Source: Patescibacteria group bacterium (GTDB taxonomy: Bacteria > Patescibacteriota > Microgenomatia > UBA12405). From it: a stretch of DNA of 64,000 bases. Made by a program: the position numbers and the translations under genes. Positions 8,796 to 18,680 of this stretch are shown piece by piece. Location of the stretch: assembly GCA_023380755.1 (NCBI GenBank), contig JAMCSD010000008.1, forward strand, positions 24,592 to 88,591. Reading direction: 5' to 3'. The first letter of the stretch is position 1. Every line of letters begins with the position of its first letter. The notes beneath the pieces are model-generated. The model saw only the letters and a list, made by a program, of their open reading frames with translations, was not told the origin of the DNA and searched no databases.

Positions 8796-10181
8796 GTGGC
8801 TATTAAAAGGAAGAAAGTAAAGGGAACCAGAAAGGGGCAATCGTTGTTGATCGGATTAGCATTGTTTGTCATTATGGCGGCCTTGTGGGTGGGATTTTTA
8901 TACAAAAGAGAAGGGAAGGTGGAAGGGACCAGCACTAACCAAATTTACTGGGGAGCATATATTGACGGCAGCACTTACGGCCCAGGGTATGGCACCGCTC
9001 CCTGGGACAGCAACACGTGGAATTTATTTGAACAACATGCCGGGAAAAGGGTGTCGATTATTCACTGGGGACAGCCGTGGTATATGTCCACCAGCTGGCC
9101 ATATGGCTACTACCCGTTCGTGGCCGGTCTAGGGACAACAGCCCGGGCCCACGGCGCTATCCCGATGATTGATTGGGGGTCATTTGACCCGGCTTTGGGG
9201 GCACAACAATCATCCTTTGCATTGCGCAACATTGTTAACGGCGCCAGCTACAGCTATGGGGGACAGACGTTTGATAATTATGTGACTAATTGGGCGAAAG
9301 CGGCCAAGGCCTGGGGGCATCCATTTTTCTTAAGATTTGATTGGGAGATGAACGGCTGGTGGCAATTCCCATGGGCGACAGCCAAAGACCCAAACACGGG
9401 GGTAACGATCAACAACAACACACCGGCAGACTTTGTCGCTGCCTGGCAACATATCCATAATATTTTTACGAGCGTCGGAGCGACCAATGCCTCGTGGGTA
9501 TGGTGTCCGAACATCAGCAGTACATACTCGGTTCCCCTAGCGCAACTTTATCCGGGAGACAATTATGTGGATTGGATTTGCCTGGACGGCTACAACAAGG
9601 ATGTAAAGTATTGGCAAACATTTGCCCAAGTATTTGGGGGAAGCAGTTACAACGGCTACCACAACAGTTATAATGAAATTACCTCGCTGACAACTAAGCC
9701 CTTAATGATCGGAGAATTCGCCTCGGATGAAGCCGGAGACGGCGGGACAGCCAAGGCGAACTGGATAACGGATGCCTTTTTGACGCAAATGCCAAACTAT
9801 TTTCCGCGGATTAAGGCAGTGGTGTGGTTTAATTGGAACTCGGATAGCGGAAGTTCATATGTAATTGAATCAACGTCAACAGCCCAAAATGCCTTGGCGA
9901 GCGCGATAGCCTCGTCATACTTTGCCACTAATACTTTTGGAAGCCTAAACCAATCACCGATACCGATAATTTCAGTAGCCCTGCCAACAGCCACGGCAAC
10001 ACCGGGGCCAACGGTGGCAGTAAGCCCGACGACGACACCACAACCACAACCGACGCTGGCACCAACAGCGACACCAACAGTGCAGCCACAACCAATAACC
10101 GGAGTGACGGCGACACCAACGAGCGCCAAGTATTGCTGTAAATGGAACGGGAAAAAGGCCTGTATCAAATGGTGCCAATAA
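8796..10181 (+). CDS. Glycoside hydrolase family 26 (beta-mannanase-like), membrane-anchored
   Basis: FLRFDWEMNGWW.PW, WVWCPN, YPGD.YVDW..LDGYN, KPLMIGEF motifs; N-terminal TM; PT-rich linker. Start moved to GTG 8796, after TATAAT at 8781. Confidence 0.88.
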   Translation: MAIKRKKVKGTRKGQSLLIGLALFVIMAALWVGFLYKREGKVEGTSTNQIYWGAYIDGSTYGPGYGTAPWDSNTWNLFEQHAGKRVSIIHWGQPWYMSTSWPYGYYPFVAGLGTTARAHGAIPMIDWGSFDPALGAQQSSFALRNIVNGASYSYGGQTFDNYVTNWAKAAKAWGHPFFLRFDWEMNGWWQFPWATAKDPNTGVTINNNTPADFVAAWQHIHNIFTSVGATNASWVWCPNISSTYSVPLAQLYPGDNYVDWICLDGYNKDVKYWQTFAQVFGGSSYNGYHNSYNEITSLTTKPLMIGEFASDEAGDGGTAKANWITDAFLTQMPNYFPRIKAVVWFNWNSDSGSSYVIESTSTAQNALASAIASSYFATNTFGSLNQSPIPIISVALPTATATPGPTVAVSPTTTPQPQPTLAPTATPTVQPQPITGVTATPTSAKYCCKWNGKKACIKWCQ

Positions 10182-10207
10182 GGCAAAAGACTGGTAAAAT
10201 CTAACGC

Positions 10208-10696
10208 ATGGATGAAAAGCTGACAAAAATAAAAGAGGACCTCTATTATGACGAACGGTCAGCGGGAGGGATAGTGTTTAAGCGGGAGAACGGCCAGGTC
10301 AGGTGGCTTCTGATTAAAGTGATGGCCAGCAGCCGATACCGAAACCGCCACGGCCAACGAATGGTTTATAAGTTTCCCAAAGGACATTTAAAAAGCGGAG
10401 AGTTTTTAAAAACAGCCGCGCTGCGGGAAGCCGAAGAAGAAGGCAAGGTGAAGGCAGAAATTGTGGCCAAGATAGGGTCGAACAACTATGTTTTTTATGA
10501 CAAATTGAAGAAAAGAAAAATCATTAAAAAGGTGACTTTCTTTTTAATGGAATACCGGGGGCAAAGCGACAGCCGATACACAGATGCGGAAATGATTGTG
10601 GGCCGGGAGTGGCTCAGTTACGAACAGGCCAATTTGGCCCTGGCTTACGACTCAGAAAAAGTTCTCCTAAAAAAAGCAAAAATGAGGCTGAAATAA
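10208..10696 (+). CDS. NUDIX hydrolase (Ap4A hydrolase-like)
   Basis: SAGGIV; FPKGH..GE..TAALREAEEEG Nudix box. Confidence 0.9.
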   Translation: MDEKLTKIKEDLYYDERSAGGIVFKRENGQVRWLLIKVMASSRYRNRHGQRMVYKFPKGHLKSGEFLKTAALREAEEEGKVKAEIVAKIGSNNYVFYDKLKKRKIIKKVTFFLMEYRGQSDSRYTDAEMIVGREWLSYEQANLALAYDSEKVLLKKAKMRLK

Positions 10697-11155
10697 ATGG
10701 TGCTGTTTTACGGCGGAACAATAGTCGGTTTACTGTTAACCGGATGGTACTTTGGAGTCAAAGCCAAGGGGCAACACCTGCTGGCGGTGACAGGGATAAT
10801 GATTGTAATTTACAGGGTGTTTACGGCGTTAACCCTGCGATTCTTCGGTCCCCTGCCCGGCTGGTATGACGAGAGGGTCAGAAAGGTGGAACATTGGGAG
10901 CTGGGAATAGGGTTGGTGATTTTGGGGATACTCGCGGGGAAGAGAATAAGTAAAAAATTACAAATGACGATTTTGGGAATGGGGTGCGGGATGCTAATCG
11001 ACGAAATTTCGGAATATGCCGGGTGGTTTCACCTGGAATTGCCGGCGCATTTTCGAGACAGTATCCAGGATATAGTACTAATTAGCGCCAGCTACGTGTT
11101 GTTTGCGGCGCTATACCGCTTAACCTCGGAAAGGTGGAAAGGGATGATAAAATAG
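10697..11155 (+). CDS. Hypothetical membrane protein
   Basis: 4-5 hydrophobic segments; abuts the NUDIX stop codon. Confidence 0.7.
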   Translation: MVLFYGGTIVGLLLTGWYFGVKAKGQHLLAVTGIMIVIYRVFTALTLRFFGPLPGWYDERVRKVEHWELGIGLVILGILAGKRISKKLQMTILGMGCGMLIDEISEYAGWFHLELPAHFRDSIQDIVLISASYVLFAALYRLTSERWKGMIK

Positions 11156-11165
11156 TGAGTAAATT

Positions 11166-11253
11166 GGAGGGATCGGATAGTGGTTCATTCCACACGCTTG
11201 GAAAGCGTGCGGCCTAAACAGCCTCGGGGGTTCGAATCCCCCTCCCTCCGCCA
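11166..11253 (+). tRNA. tRNA-Ser(GGA)
   Basis: GGAGGGA/TCCCTCC acceptor stem, anticodon arm CACGC-TTGGAAA-GCGTG, long variable arm, GGGGG-TTCGAAT-CCCCC T arm, encoded CCA. Confidence 0.97.
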
Positions 11254-11920
11254 GACGGGATACCCCCATCCGGAAATGACTGTATTTGCCTATATGATGG
11301 GCTAATGGTGGGGTTTTACGATAAAGTATTGGAATAATTGGGTTTTGCTTCAAAACAGTGAAGAGGGAGACGGGATACGAACCCTTAAAGTCTTATAATT
11401 AATTAAGTGTTTTACTGAAAATAAATGACAGACCAAGAAATAGGTCGGCTAGTTGGCAAAGTGTTAGAGGTTCGGCAGCAAAAGGCGGTTAGAATTGGAT
11501 CGGTTAGTTTTTTAGAGATTTACAAAGTCGAGAGAAACAGAAATATCCTCTCCGACTTTGGCGCCATAGGGATCGACTTCGAGTAAAATGCTGGCTGGAT
11601 CCTAGGAAAAAGAATAGCCGTAATAAAGATTGGAATAGCTGAGCCAATTTTTGGGAATAGCAAAATAAAAGCTTTGGAAATAAACGACTAGGCTGAAAAC
11701 AAGGGCGGAGAGTGCAAAAAGTACCAAAGCTATTTTTAAGCGTGTTTTCGACATAATTTATCTTAGCATACGCTAATAAATGAAAGCAGACTATTACTTT
11801 AAAATAAGATAGATTGGCAGAATAGGCTGAAGATAGCCTTAAATATCCTATATCTTTTCTTGGAATTTTAGGATAAAATATAGAGTCTAAGAATTTATTA
11901 TTAATCAAGGATGAGGAAAT

Positions 11921-12250
11921 ATGGCAAAAAAGTTGTACGTTGGTGGTTTACCTTTTGAGACTACTGAGGAGGCTCTTCGAGCCGCGTTTGGACAAGCGGG
12001 TACCGTAACGTTAGTTACTATCATCAAAGATAAATTTTCAGGACGGTCGAAAGGATTTGGTTTTGTAGAAATGGCGACCGACGAAGAAGCACAGGCAGCA
12101 ATTGCTATGTGGAACGAGAAAGAATTTGAGGGAAGAACTCTTAAAGTCAACGAGGCACGGCCGATGGAAGACAGACCGCAACGGCGAGAGCCTTTTTCCC
12201 GAGGGCCACGGAATAATGGTGGCCGTTTTGGAAATCGTAATAGGTTTTAA
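11921..12250 (+). CDS. RRM (RNP-1) RNA-binding protein
   Basis: RNP2 LYVGGL and RNP1 KGFGFVEM; RG-rich tail. Confidence 0.95.
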   Translation: MAKKLYVGGLPFETTEEALRAAFGQAGTVTLVTIIKDKFSGRSKGFGFVEMATDEEAQAAIAMWNEKEFEGRTLKVNEARPMEDRPQRREPFSRGPRNNGGRFGNRNRF

Positions 12251-12282
12251 GATTTGACTTGTTAGCTGTTTGGAGGAGTAGT

Positions 12283-12759
12283 ATGGACCATAATTATGTG
12301 GCCGGAGATTATATTATTGATAATGCCTATATTTACGAAATAACGTCTGTAACCTTTGATGGCGGCAAAAAGGGTAACGAGGCATTAATACATTACAAAC
12401 CAATTCGAGGCACCGATAAAGTCTTTACGGCATCCATTCCAGAGAAAAACTTCGGCAAAGTAGGTTTGCGAAAACTATTAAACCCGGAGGATATCAACGT
12501 CATTTTATGTAAGCTTACGGCAAATATAGAGCGGTATTCCTATAATGCTCAGGAAACGAAGGAGATACTTTATCTTAACGAACCAGCAAATGTAATGGTT
12601 CCGTTGAAGTACCTATGGAAGTGTGGAGATAAATTAGCTAAAACCGACACGGATATACGGGAGGAAATGATCCAACATTTGTGTATGGAAATTGCTTTTG
12701 TGACTAAACAGACAACCGAAGTCGTTCGGGCAAAGATTGAGAAAATTCTGAATAAATAG
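12283..12759 (+). CDS. CarD-like transcription factor
   Basis: Y..GDYI..YEITSV..IP....VGLRKL pattern. GGAGG SD precedes ATG 12283 (start moved). Confidence 0.6.
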   Translation: MDHNYVAGDYIIDNAYIYEITSVTFDGGKKGNEALIHYKPIRGTDKVFTASIPEKNFGKVGLRKLLNPEDINVILCKLTANIERYSYNAQETKEILYLNEPANVMVPLKYLWKCGDKLAKTDTDIREEMIQHLCMEIAFVTKQTTEVVRAKIEKILNK

Positions 12760-12868
12760 CTAAAATATGATATACTACCCAGATTTAGTTTAGGCAAAGA
12801 ATCATAGTCTGCCCATATTACTTGAATATTTTTATTAGATAAGGGCATATTAATCCTGCCGCGGCAGG

Positions 12869-14074
12869 ATGCCAATATTTAATAAAAATATGTATAAAGG
12901 TAAGTATTCGGGTGGTTTTCGGAATTTTAAGCATTTCGGGAAGAGGCCTCAAAAAAAACGGGTGGGTTTCCGGAGCGATATAAACCAATCGTTTTACGTC
13001 AAAAAAGCAGCAGAATTCACCAAAATTGAAGAAGGGGTAACAATTCATCAGTTTAATGACTTCGGATTTGAGCCGCAGCTGGTGGAGAATATTAAAGCCA
13101 AGGGGTATGTGAAACCGACCGAAATCCAAGACAAAGTGATCCCCCATATCCGGCAAAACCAAGATGTATTGGGGATTGCCAATACGGGAACCGGCAAGAC
13201 GGCGGCCTATATTCTGCCACTGATCAACAAAATTTTACTTAATCCGAACGAAAGAGTAATTATTTTAGCGCCAACGAGAGAATTGGCCATCCAAATTAAG
13301 GAAGAATTGCGGTCGTTTACCTGGGGAATGAATGTTTATGTGGCTTTAGCCATTGGAGGCGCCTTTATCCGGGAGCAGATTATTAAAATTCGGCGCGGCC
13401 CGCATGTCATTATTGGCACTCCGGGACGGATTATGGACCTGGGGAAAAGAAGAGTGATTGATTTTGGCAGCTTGTCGACCGTCGTTTTGGATGAGGTCGA
13501 CCGGATGTTGGACATGGGGTTCATTGGCGATATTAAAGCCATTGTGGACCAGACACCAAAGGGCCGACAAACACTATTTTTCTCGGCGACTCTAGATAAA
13601 AAGGTTGAACCATTGGCAAACGCCTTCCTGAATAACCCGATCAAAGTATCAACCAAGATTCAGGACAGCTCGTCCCATGTGGAACAAAATATCGTACGGG
13701 TGCCCCGGCAACAAAAAGAGGCGAAACTGCACCAATTAGTGGCCCAACCAGATTTCAAAAAGGTGCTGGTATTTGGATCAACGCAGATGATTGTGGACAA
13801 ACTATCGGCCAACTTAATCCAAAACGGATTTAAAGCCCAAGGATTACACGGCGGAAAACGGCAACACCAGCGGCAACAGATTGTAAGAAATTTTAGAGAA
13901 AACCAAATCACCATTTTGGTAGCGACCGATGTGGCCGCCCGGGGCTTGGACATTGCGGATATTACCCATGTCATTAATTATGACGAGCCCAATAATTATG
14001 ATGACTATGTGCACCGGATCGGCAGAACAGGACGGGGAAACAGCAAGGGCTTCGCCCTGACTTTTGTGGAGTAA
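12869..14074 (+). CDS. DEAD-box RNA helicase
   Basis: Q motif, ANTGTGKT, PTRELA, TPGR, DEVD, SAT, ARGLD, HRIGRTGR. Confidence 0.95.
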   Translation: MPIFNKNMYKGKYSGGFRNFKHFGKRPQKKRVGFRSDINQSFYVKKAAEFTKIEEGVTIHQFNDFGFEPQLVENIKAKGYVKPTEIQDKVIPHIRQNQDVLGIANTGTGKTAAYILPLINKILLNPNERVIILAPTRELAIQIKEELRSFTWGMNVYVALAIGGAFIREQIIKIRRGPHVIIGTPGRIMDLGKRRVIDFGSLSTVVLDEVDRMLDMGFIGDIKAIVDQTPKGRQTLFFSATLDKKVEPLANAFLNNPIKVSTKIQDSSSHVEQNIVRVPRQQKEAKLHQLVAQPDFKKVLVFGSTQMIVDKLSANLIQNGFKAQGLHGGKRQHQRQQIVRNFRENQITILVATDVAARGLDIADITHVINYDEPNNYDDYVHRIGRTGRGNSKGFALTFVE

Positions 14075-14104
14075 AGTAGCAAATTTCGGTTTATAATGGG
14101 GTAG

Positions 14105-14452
14105 ATGGAGAGGGGTCGGATTGAGAGAACGATAGTGTTGACCACAGGGTTGGAGGTAATTCCGGATGATATAACTTGTATCTTGTGCGGCGGACCGGTG
14201 GAAAGACGATTTGTGGAGATGGAATTGGCGATAGACTCAATTCGGGTAAGACTCCCCCACACGGCGGGTTATGTTTGCCCAAAAGATGAGTTGGAATATG
14301 TGAGTGATGAGGCTTTGATGGAGGCTTACCAAGCAATGGAGGTGATTGCCCGGGAAACCGGACAAGGGCGAACGGTGGAAGTGATCCAAGAACACCTGCG
14401 CACGCAAAAAAAGATAATGGAGAAATTTGGCAGAGGAAAAGCGGGAAAATAA
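14105..14452 (+). CDS. YgiT/MqsA-type zinc-finger-like protein
   Basis: CILCGG....GYVCPKD..Y spacing. Confidence 0.55.
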   Translation: MERGRIERTIVLTTGLEVIPDDITCILCGGPVERRFVEMELAIDSIRVRLPHTAGYVCPKDELEYVSDEALMEAYQAMEVIARETGQGRTVEVIQEHLRTQKKIMEKFGRGKAGK

Positions 14453-14458
14453 AACTAT

Positions 14459-14665
14459 TTAGCGAAGGTGGAGGAACTTAAGTAGGTCGAAGCGCGGGGA
14501 TTTAGGGGAAGGTCGGACGACAATTTCAAAAGGAATATGGTGAGCCAATAAGTCAGCGACAACCCGCTGGGTCATTTCCTGACTAAGTTGAGCCACGCGA
14601 GCTTCCTGCTCGGGCGTCAAAACAATATAGGCGGGATGCTCTTTGGTGGCGGGAACAATTGGCAT
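14459..14665 (-). CDS. Small hypothetical protein
   Basis: MPIVPA... start (moved to 14665), 6 nt after a TATTAT box. Confidence 0.5.
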   Translation of the reverse strand: MPIVPATKEHPAYIVLTPEQEARVAQLSQEMTQRVVADLLAHHIPFEIVVRPSPKSPRFDLLKFLHLR

Positions 14666-14684
14666 AAGTGAATAATAACATTTT

Positions 14685-15329
14685 TTATGGGGAACGAAGG
14701 AGGCTGGGCTCCTGGAGCAATTCGGTAGAAGAAATGGTTTTACCATACATCACCGGGAAGGTGAATTTGAGAAGCAGCTCCTGAAGCTGCTGGCGGACAG
14801 GGACATCGGTGGTTTCGACAAGGTCGGCAAGAATGACAAAATTAAAACCCTGAGAAAAACCACTAACGATAGAAGCCAGAACGCAACCATCGGTGAAAAT
14901 GCCGGTAACAATCACATATTGGATTCCCCTTTTTCGAAACTCGTGGGTAATTTGAAGGTCGGAAAAAGCATCATAGGTATTTTTGGTAAAGACAAGATCA
15001 GTAGGTTGGGGTTTGACCCCATAAAATTGTTGGTCGAAACCGGTAGGGTCGTCAGAATAGTAGGTAGCAGCGGGATCGGTATAGAGTTCGTTAAGGTTAG
15101 CCGGAAGATGGGCTTGATCCCACGGGGTAATGGTGGTGAAAACAATGAGACCGCCAACTTTTTGGCGGTAGGCAGCTAAAAATTGCTCAAGACGAGGGAT
15201 CATCTCCCGGATTTGGGTAAAGTGGATGTGCCATTCGGGAGTTTCGCAGTTAAGATGGGCACAAGAATTGACGGGGTCGATAACTAAAAGGGCGGTATTG
15301 TTTTGGTTCATGTTTGGGTAGATTTTCAT
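14685..15329 (-). CDS. Isochorismatase/cysteine hydrolase family
   Basis: TALLVID, K..YDAF, TGIFTDGCV catalytic D-K-C set. Confidence 0.9.
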   Translation of the reverse strand: MKIYPNMNQNNTALLVIDPVNSCAHLNCETPEWHIHFTQIREMIPRLEQFLAAYRQKVGGLIVFTTITPWDQAHLPANLNELYTDPAATYYSDDPTGFDQQFYGVKPQPTDLVFTKNTYDAFSDLQITHEFRKRGIQYVIVTGIFTDGCVLASIVSGFSQGFNFVILADLVETTDVPVRQQLQELLLKFTFPVMYGKTISSTELLQEPSLLRSP

Positions 15330-15406
15330 ATGTTATATGATAACATTTGATCCCATAAAGATCTCTTTTTTTAAGTGATGAGTTGTGATTAGCTATTGAT
15401 AGTTAA

Positions 15407-16156
15407 ATGACTGAGGTGGTATCTTGCCAACAAAGATTTGTGGAAAGATACCGGGCCGCCTACTCCCTGCAACCAACTTACTACCTATTAGGACACGAGC
15501 CGCTACCAGCAACTTCATCAGTAAATTTTTGCCGATCGCGAACAGCTTTGCTGGATGCCCTGCTGACCACACAACCGGACACGATTACCTTTCCCCACGC
15601 GCTTTTAGCAGAATATGTAACAGCTTTATCCTTAGAACCACTGTTGACCCCGTGGGACCACCGTGTTGACTTAGCCCCACAGTCGCTGGAGCACGGCAGG
15701 GGGCAAAGAGGAGTGGACCTGTTAATCCGCAATGCGGAAGATAAAATAATGCTAGGGATTGACGTGAAGTTGAAAAGCAACCGGTCGAGACATAACCAAA
15801 ACGGCGGTGCCTGGCTAGACAACCTGAAAGCACCATACATTAATCTGACGCTGGGAAATTGGGAAGTAGTAACCCGGGAAGGAGCGGGGGTAAAGGGGTG
15901 GCTAATTAACTGCGTCCTGCCCAATGTTCCCGAGAGCGGCAAAATCCCCCACCTTGACGAACTGCGGGCTTTTTTGGTACCGCGGATAAAAAATAGTCTA
16001 GTAAGCCAGCTGGAAATATCCCGATCGGGCCATCCCCACCCGTGGTATCACTTACCAGAATCAAGACAAGAAAGAATTGTGTACCGACAAAAACTGGAGG
16101 GAATGATTGAAATTTTTGGGCAAATTGAAGCAAGAAGAAGAAAAGATTATAATTAA
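15407..16156 (+). CDS. Hypothetical protein, possible PD-(D/E)xK fold
   Basis: 249-aa ORF containing GVDLLI-x8-GIDVK. Confidence 0.5.
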   Translation: MTEVVSCQQRFVERYRAAYSLQPTYYLLGHEPLPATSSVNFCRSRTALLDALLTTQPDTITFPHALLAEYVTALSLEPLLTPWDHRVDLAPQSLEHGRGQRGVDLLIRNAEDKIMLGIDVKLKSNRSRHNQNGGAWLDNLKAPYINLTLGNWEVVTREGAGVKGWLINCVLPNVPESGKIPHLDELRAFLVPRIKNSLVSQLEISRSGHPHPWYHLPESRQERIVYRQKLEGMIEIFGQIEARRRKDYN

Positions 16157-16159
16157 TTA

Positions 16160-16597
16160 ATGAAACTATTGGTAATATTTGATTCGATGTATGGCAATAC
16201 GAAGATAATCGCCGAAACAGTGGCTAAAGAACTAGGAAAGGAGGCGAAGGTTAAACAGGCCGAAGAAATAGGTAATAAGGATTGGGAAGGAGTCAGGGCA
16301 GTGGTAGTGGGCAGCCCAATTAACGGCTGGAAACCGTCGGTCAAGATGGAAGCGTTTTTAAACGGCCTTAAACAAGGACAATTAAACGGGATGAAGGCGG
16401 CAGCTTTTGACACGCGAATTAATTTTATTTTCCATGGGGACGCGGCAAAAAAAATCGAAAAAAAATTGCGAGCGGCGGGGGCAGAAATTGTAGCGGCGCC
16501 AGGGAATTTCTTTGTGAAAGGAACAGAAGGCCCGCTAGCGGAAGGAGAAATAGATAAGGCTAAAGTTTGGACGAAATCTTTTAAAGCAAAAATCTAG
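16160..16597 (+). CDS. Flavodoxin family protein
   Basis: DSMYGNT FMN loop, VGSP, AAFDTR. Confidence 0.92.
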   Translation: MKLLVIFDSMYGNTKIIAETVAKELGKEAKVKQAEEIGNKDWEGVRAVVVGSPINGWKPSVKMEAFLNGLKQGQLNGMKAAAFDTRINFIFHGDAAKKIEKKLRAAGAEIVAAPGNFFVKGTEGPLAEGEIDKAKVWTKSFKAKI

Positions 16598-16644
16598 GAA
16601 GAAGAAAGATTTTAAAAAGATGAGGGTTGAGTTTATACTAGGGC

Positions 16645-17289
16645 GTGAGGCGATGTCGGGAATTTATTACAGGCTCAGTGGGGGTAATGTACAGCGGCAA
16701 GTCAGAATGGCTAATCCGACAAGCAAGAGCAGCAGAAGCGGTGGGCGAAGTGGTGTTGTTTGTGAAACCGGCAGTAGACAACCGTTTTGGACCAACAGAG
16801 GCCCGGAGCCGGTCAGGGAGCTGGCATGAAGCGGTAGCGGTAACAAATTCGATGGAAATTGCGGAATTATATGAAAGGAGCGTGGAAAAACCACATTTAG
16901 TGGCGATTGATGAGGTGCAATTTTTTGACCCGAAAATCGTGGAGGTGGTGCTTTATTTGGCGGAAGAATGCGGCTGCCAAACGGCTTATTCGGGATTAAA
17001 CACCGATTTTCGCGGCAACCCGTTTGGACCAATCCAGGGACTAATGGCGGTTTCGACAGACTTAAATATTATGACGGCCAGGTGCACAGCCCATGTCAAC
17101 AATGGGGACAAGCGGAAATGCGGAGCACGAGCTCATTATACCCAACGGCTGATTAATGGCCAACCTGCACCGTATGAGAGTGAAATTATTGTGATTGATC
17201 ACTTAGGGAAGACAGAAGTAACTTATGAAGCGCGGTGCGCCGACCACTGGAGTGTGCCAGGAATGCCAAAAAGACTGGTAAAGGGATAA
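16645..17289 (+). CDS. tdk: Thymidine kinase
   Basis: GVMYSGKS, KP..DNR, IDEVQFF, GL.TDFRG.PF, YEARC. Confidence 0.93.
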   Translation: MRRCREFITGSVGVMYSGKSEWLIRQARAAEAVGEVVLFVKPAVDNRFGPTEARSRSGSWHEAVAVTNSMEIAELYERSVEKPHLVAIDEVQFFDPKIVEVVLYLAEECGCQTAYSGLNTDFRGNPFGPIQGLMAVSTDLNIMTARCTAHVNNGDKRKCGARAHYTQRLINGQPAPYESEIIVIDHLGKTEVTYEARCADHWSVPGMPKRLVKG

Positions 17290-17366
17290 AGGGAAGGAAA
17301 CTAGTATCTTGTAGCAGAAGGAGGTCTTTGTTATGATGAACCATTACTTATTCAGTAGGAGCTGAA

Positions 17367-17828
17367 ATGAATGAGGGCATTTTGGATTACATGAGCAAAG
17401 ACCATGACCGGTTAGATAAAATTTATCAAGAATTTCAAAAGGTACGAGAGAAAGACAAAGAAGAAGCACGGGATTTATTTCATGAATTTAAAACCGGATT
17501 ACAACGGCATATTATTTGGGAGGAAGACATTCTCTTTCCCCTATTTGAAGAAAAGACAGAAGCAAAAGAAAACGGACCAACCGAGGTGATGCGACAAGAG
17601 CACCGAGAGATTAAAGAAGTACTGGAAAAGATTCATGACGAAGTGCGGCAGGGAACGGGCGGCCAAAAGTTAGATAAGGAATTGTATGGAATATTGGAAG
17701 AACATAACAGAAAAGAGGAAATGATCCTTTACCCCTGGATCGACCGAGCCATTAGTGAGAAAGAGGCCAAAGAAATTTTTGTAAAGATGAAGCAAATTGC
17801 CCCGGAAAGGTACAATCATTGCTGTTAA
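17367..17828 (+). CDS. Hemerythrin (HHE) domain protein
   Basis: DH.RL..H..WEEDILFP..EH..HNRKEE.ILYP. Confidence 0.92.
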   Translation: MNEGILDYMSKDHDRLDKIYQEFQKVREKDKEEARDLFHEFKTGLQRHIIWEEDILFPLFEEKTEAKENGPTEVMRQEHREIKEVLEKIHDEVRQGTGGQKLDKELYGILEEHNRKEEMILYPWIDRAISEKEAKEIFVKMKQIAPERYNHCC

Positions 17829-18003
17829 GGAGTGGGGCGAAGAGTGGGAACAATTAACGCGGATTATCCGTATGTTAGCGGTGAAGCTTTATAACAACTA
17901 CAGAACTTATAGTAAAATAGGGGGTTCAGTAAACTTTACAGAAAGCCTGTAAATAGTGGACTGAGGCACACTAACAATTTGGTTGAGAACAAGGAGTAAG
18001 GAC

Positions 18004-18675
18004 ATGGAGAGGGTAACTCTTAGCGCGTGCATTCAAAAACTAATTGCCCTGGGGGTATCAGTCGAATTGATTCTGCAGATAACAAAGACGCGACCAGATG
18101 CTTTAGGCGAATGGTTAGGGGAAGTCAGAGAGCCATCAGGGGAAACACTGATACGAATGCTGTGGCTGTGCTGGCAGTATGATCTCTACCCAGGACGGTT
18201 AATGCCAAACGAAATTATCCGTGGACTGGCAACGATAATTGCCTGTGACCTGCTGCCGCCAGTAGAAATCAGTAAAACAATAGGATTCCCAACTGAGACG
18301 CCGAAAGCAAACGCCAACCAAGGATTGTTTGGTTATCTTTTGGGCCGGACCGGGAAAATGTTGCCCGAACGGGAAGAAAGAGCCCAAAGCTTAATCCGTT
18401 ATTATCGAGAGCGATTCCCACCAAAACCCTCGGTAACGCCCCGACCAGAAAAAGTGAACGGGTCAAGGAGTGCTTACGCCGCGGACCTGGTGATTAAATT
18501 AGCAGAAGTACTCAAACCACTTTTAGAGGCCGATGAACCAGGTGAACGGGAAAAATTCCGCCGCCGGATTCAACAAAACGGAGAAGACACTCTGTTTGAG
18601 GCGAGCAACATGCTGTCGGCGGTGTGTTCCGAAAGTGCCAGAAAGGAATGGCGGAGATCAAGCAGAAGGAGATAA
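18004..18675 (+). CDS. Hypothetical protein with probable HTH-like N-terminus
   Basis: AGGAG SD before ATG 18004 (start moved); L..WL...REPSG..LIR resembles an XRE recognition-helix region. Confidence 0.55.
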   Translation: MERVTLSACIQKLIALGVSVELILQITKTRPDALGEWLGEVREPSGETLIRMLWLCWQYDLYPGRLMPNEIIRGLATIIACDLLPPVEISKTIGFPTETPKANANQGLFGYLLGRTGKMLPEREERAQSLIRYYRERFPPKPSVTPRPEKVNGSRSAYAADLVIKLAEVLKPLLEADEPGEREKFRRRIQQNGEDTLFEASNMLSAVCSESARKEWRRSSRRR

Positions 18676-18680
18676 CAGAG

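Noticed and set aside
11120..11353. 77-aa minus-strand ORF
   Set aside because: Antisense shadow of tRNA-Ser (AEGGGFEPP).
11504..11908. 134-aa minus-strand ORF
   Set aside because: F/L/S/R-rich composition expected from the antisense of purine-rich DNA; no motif.
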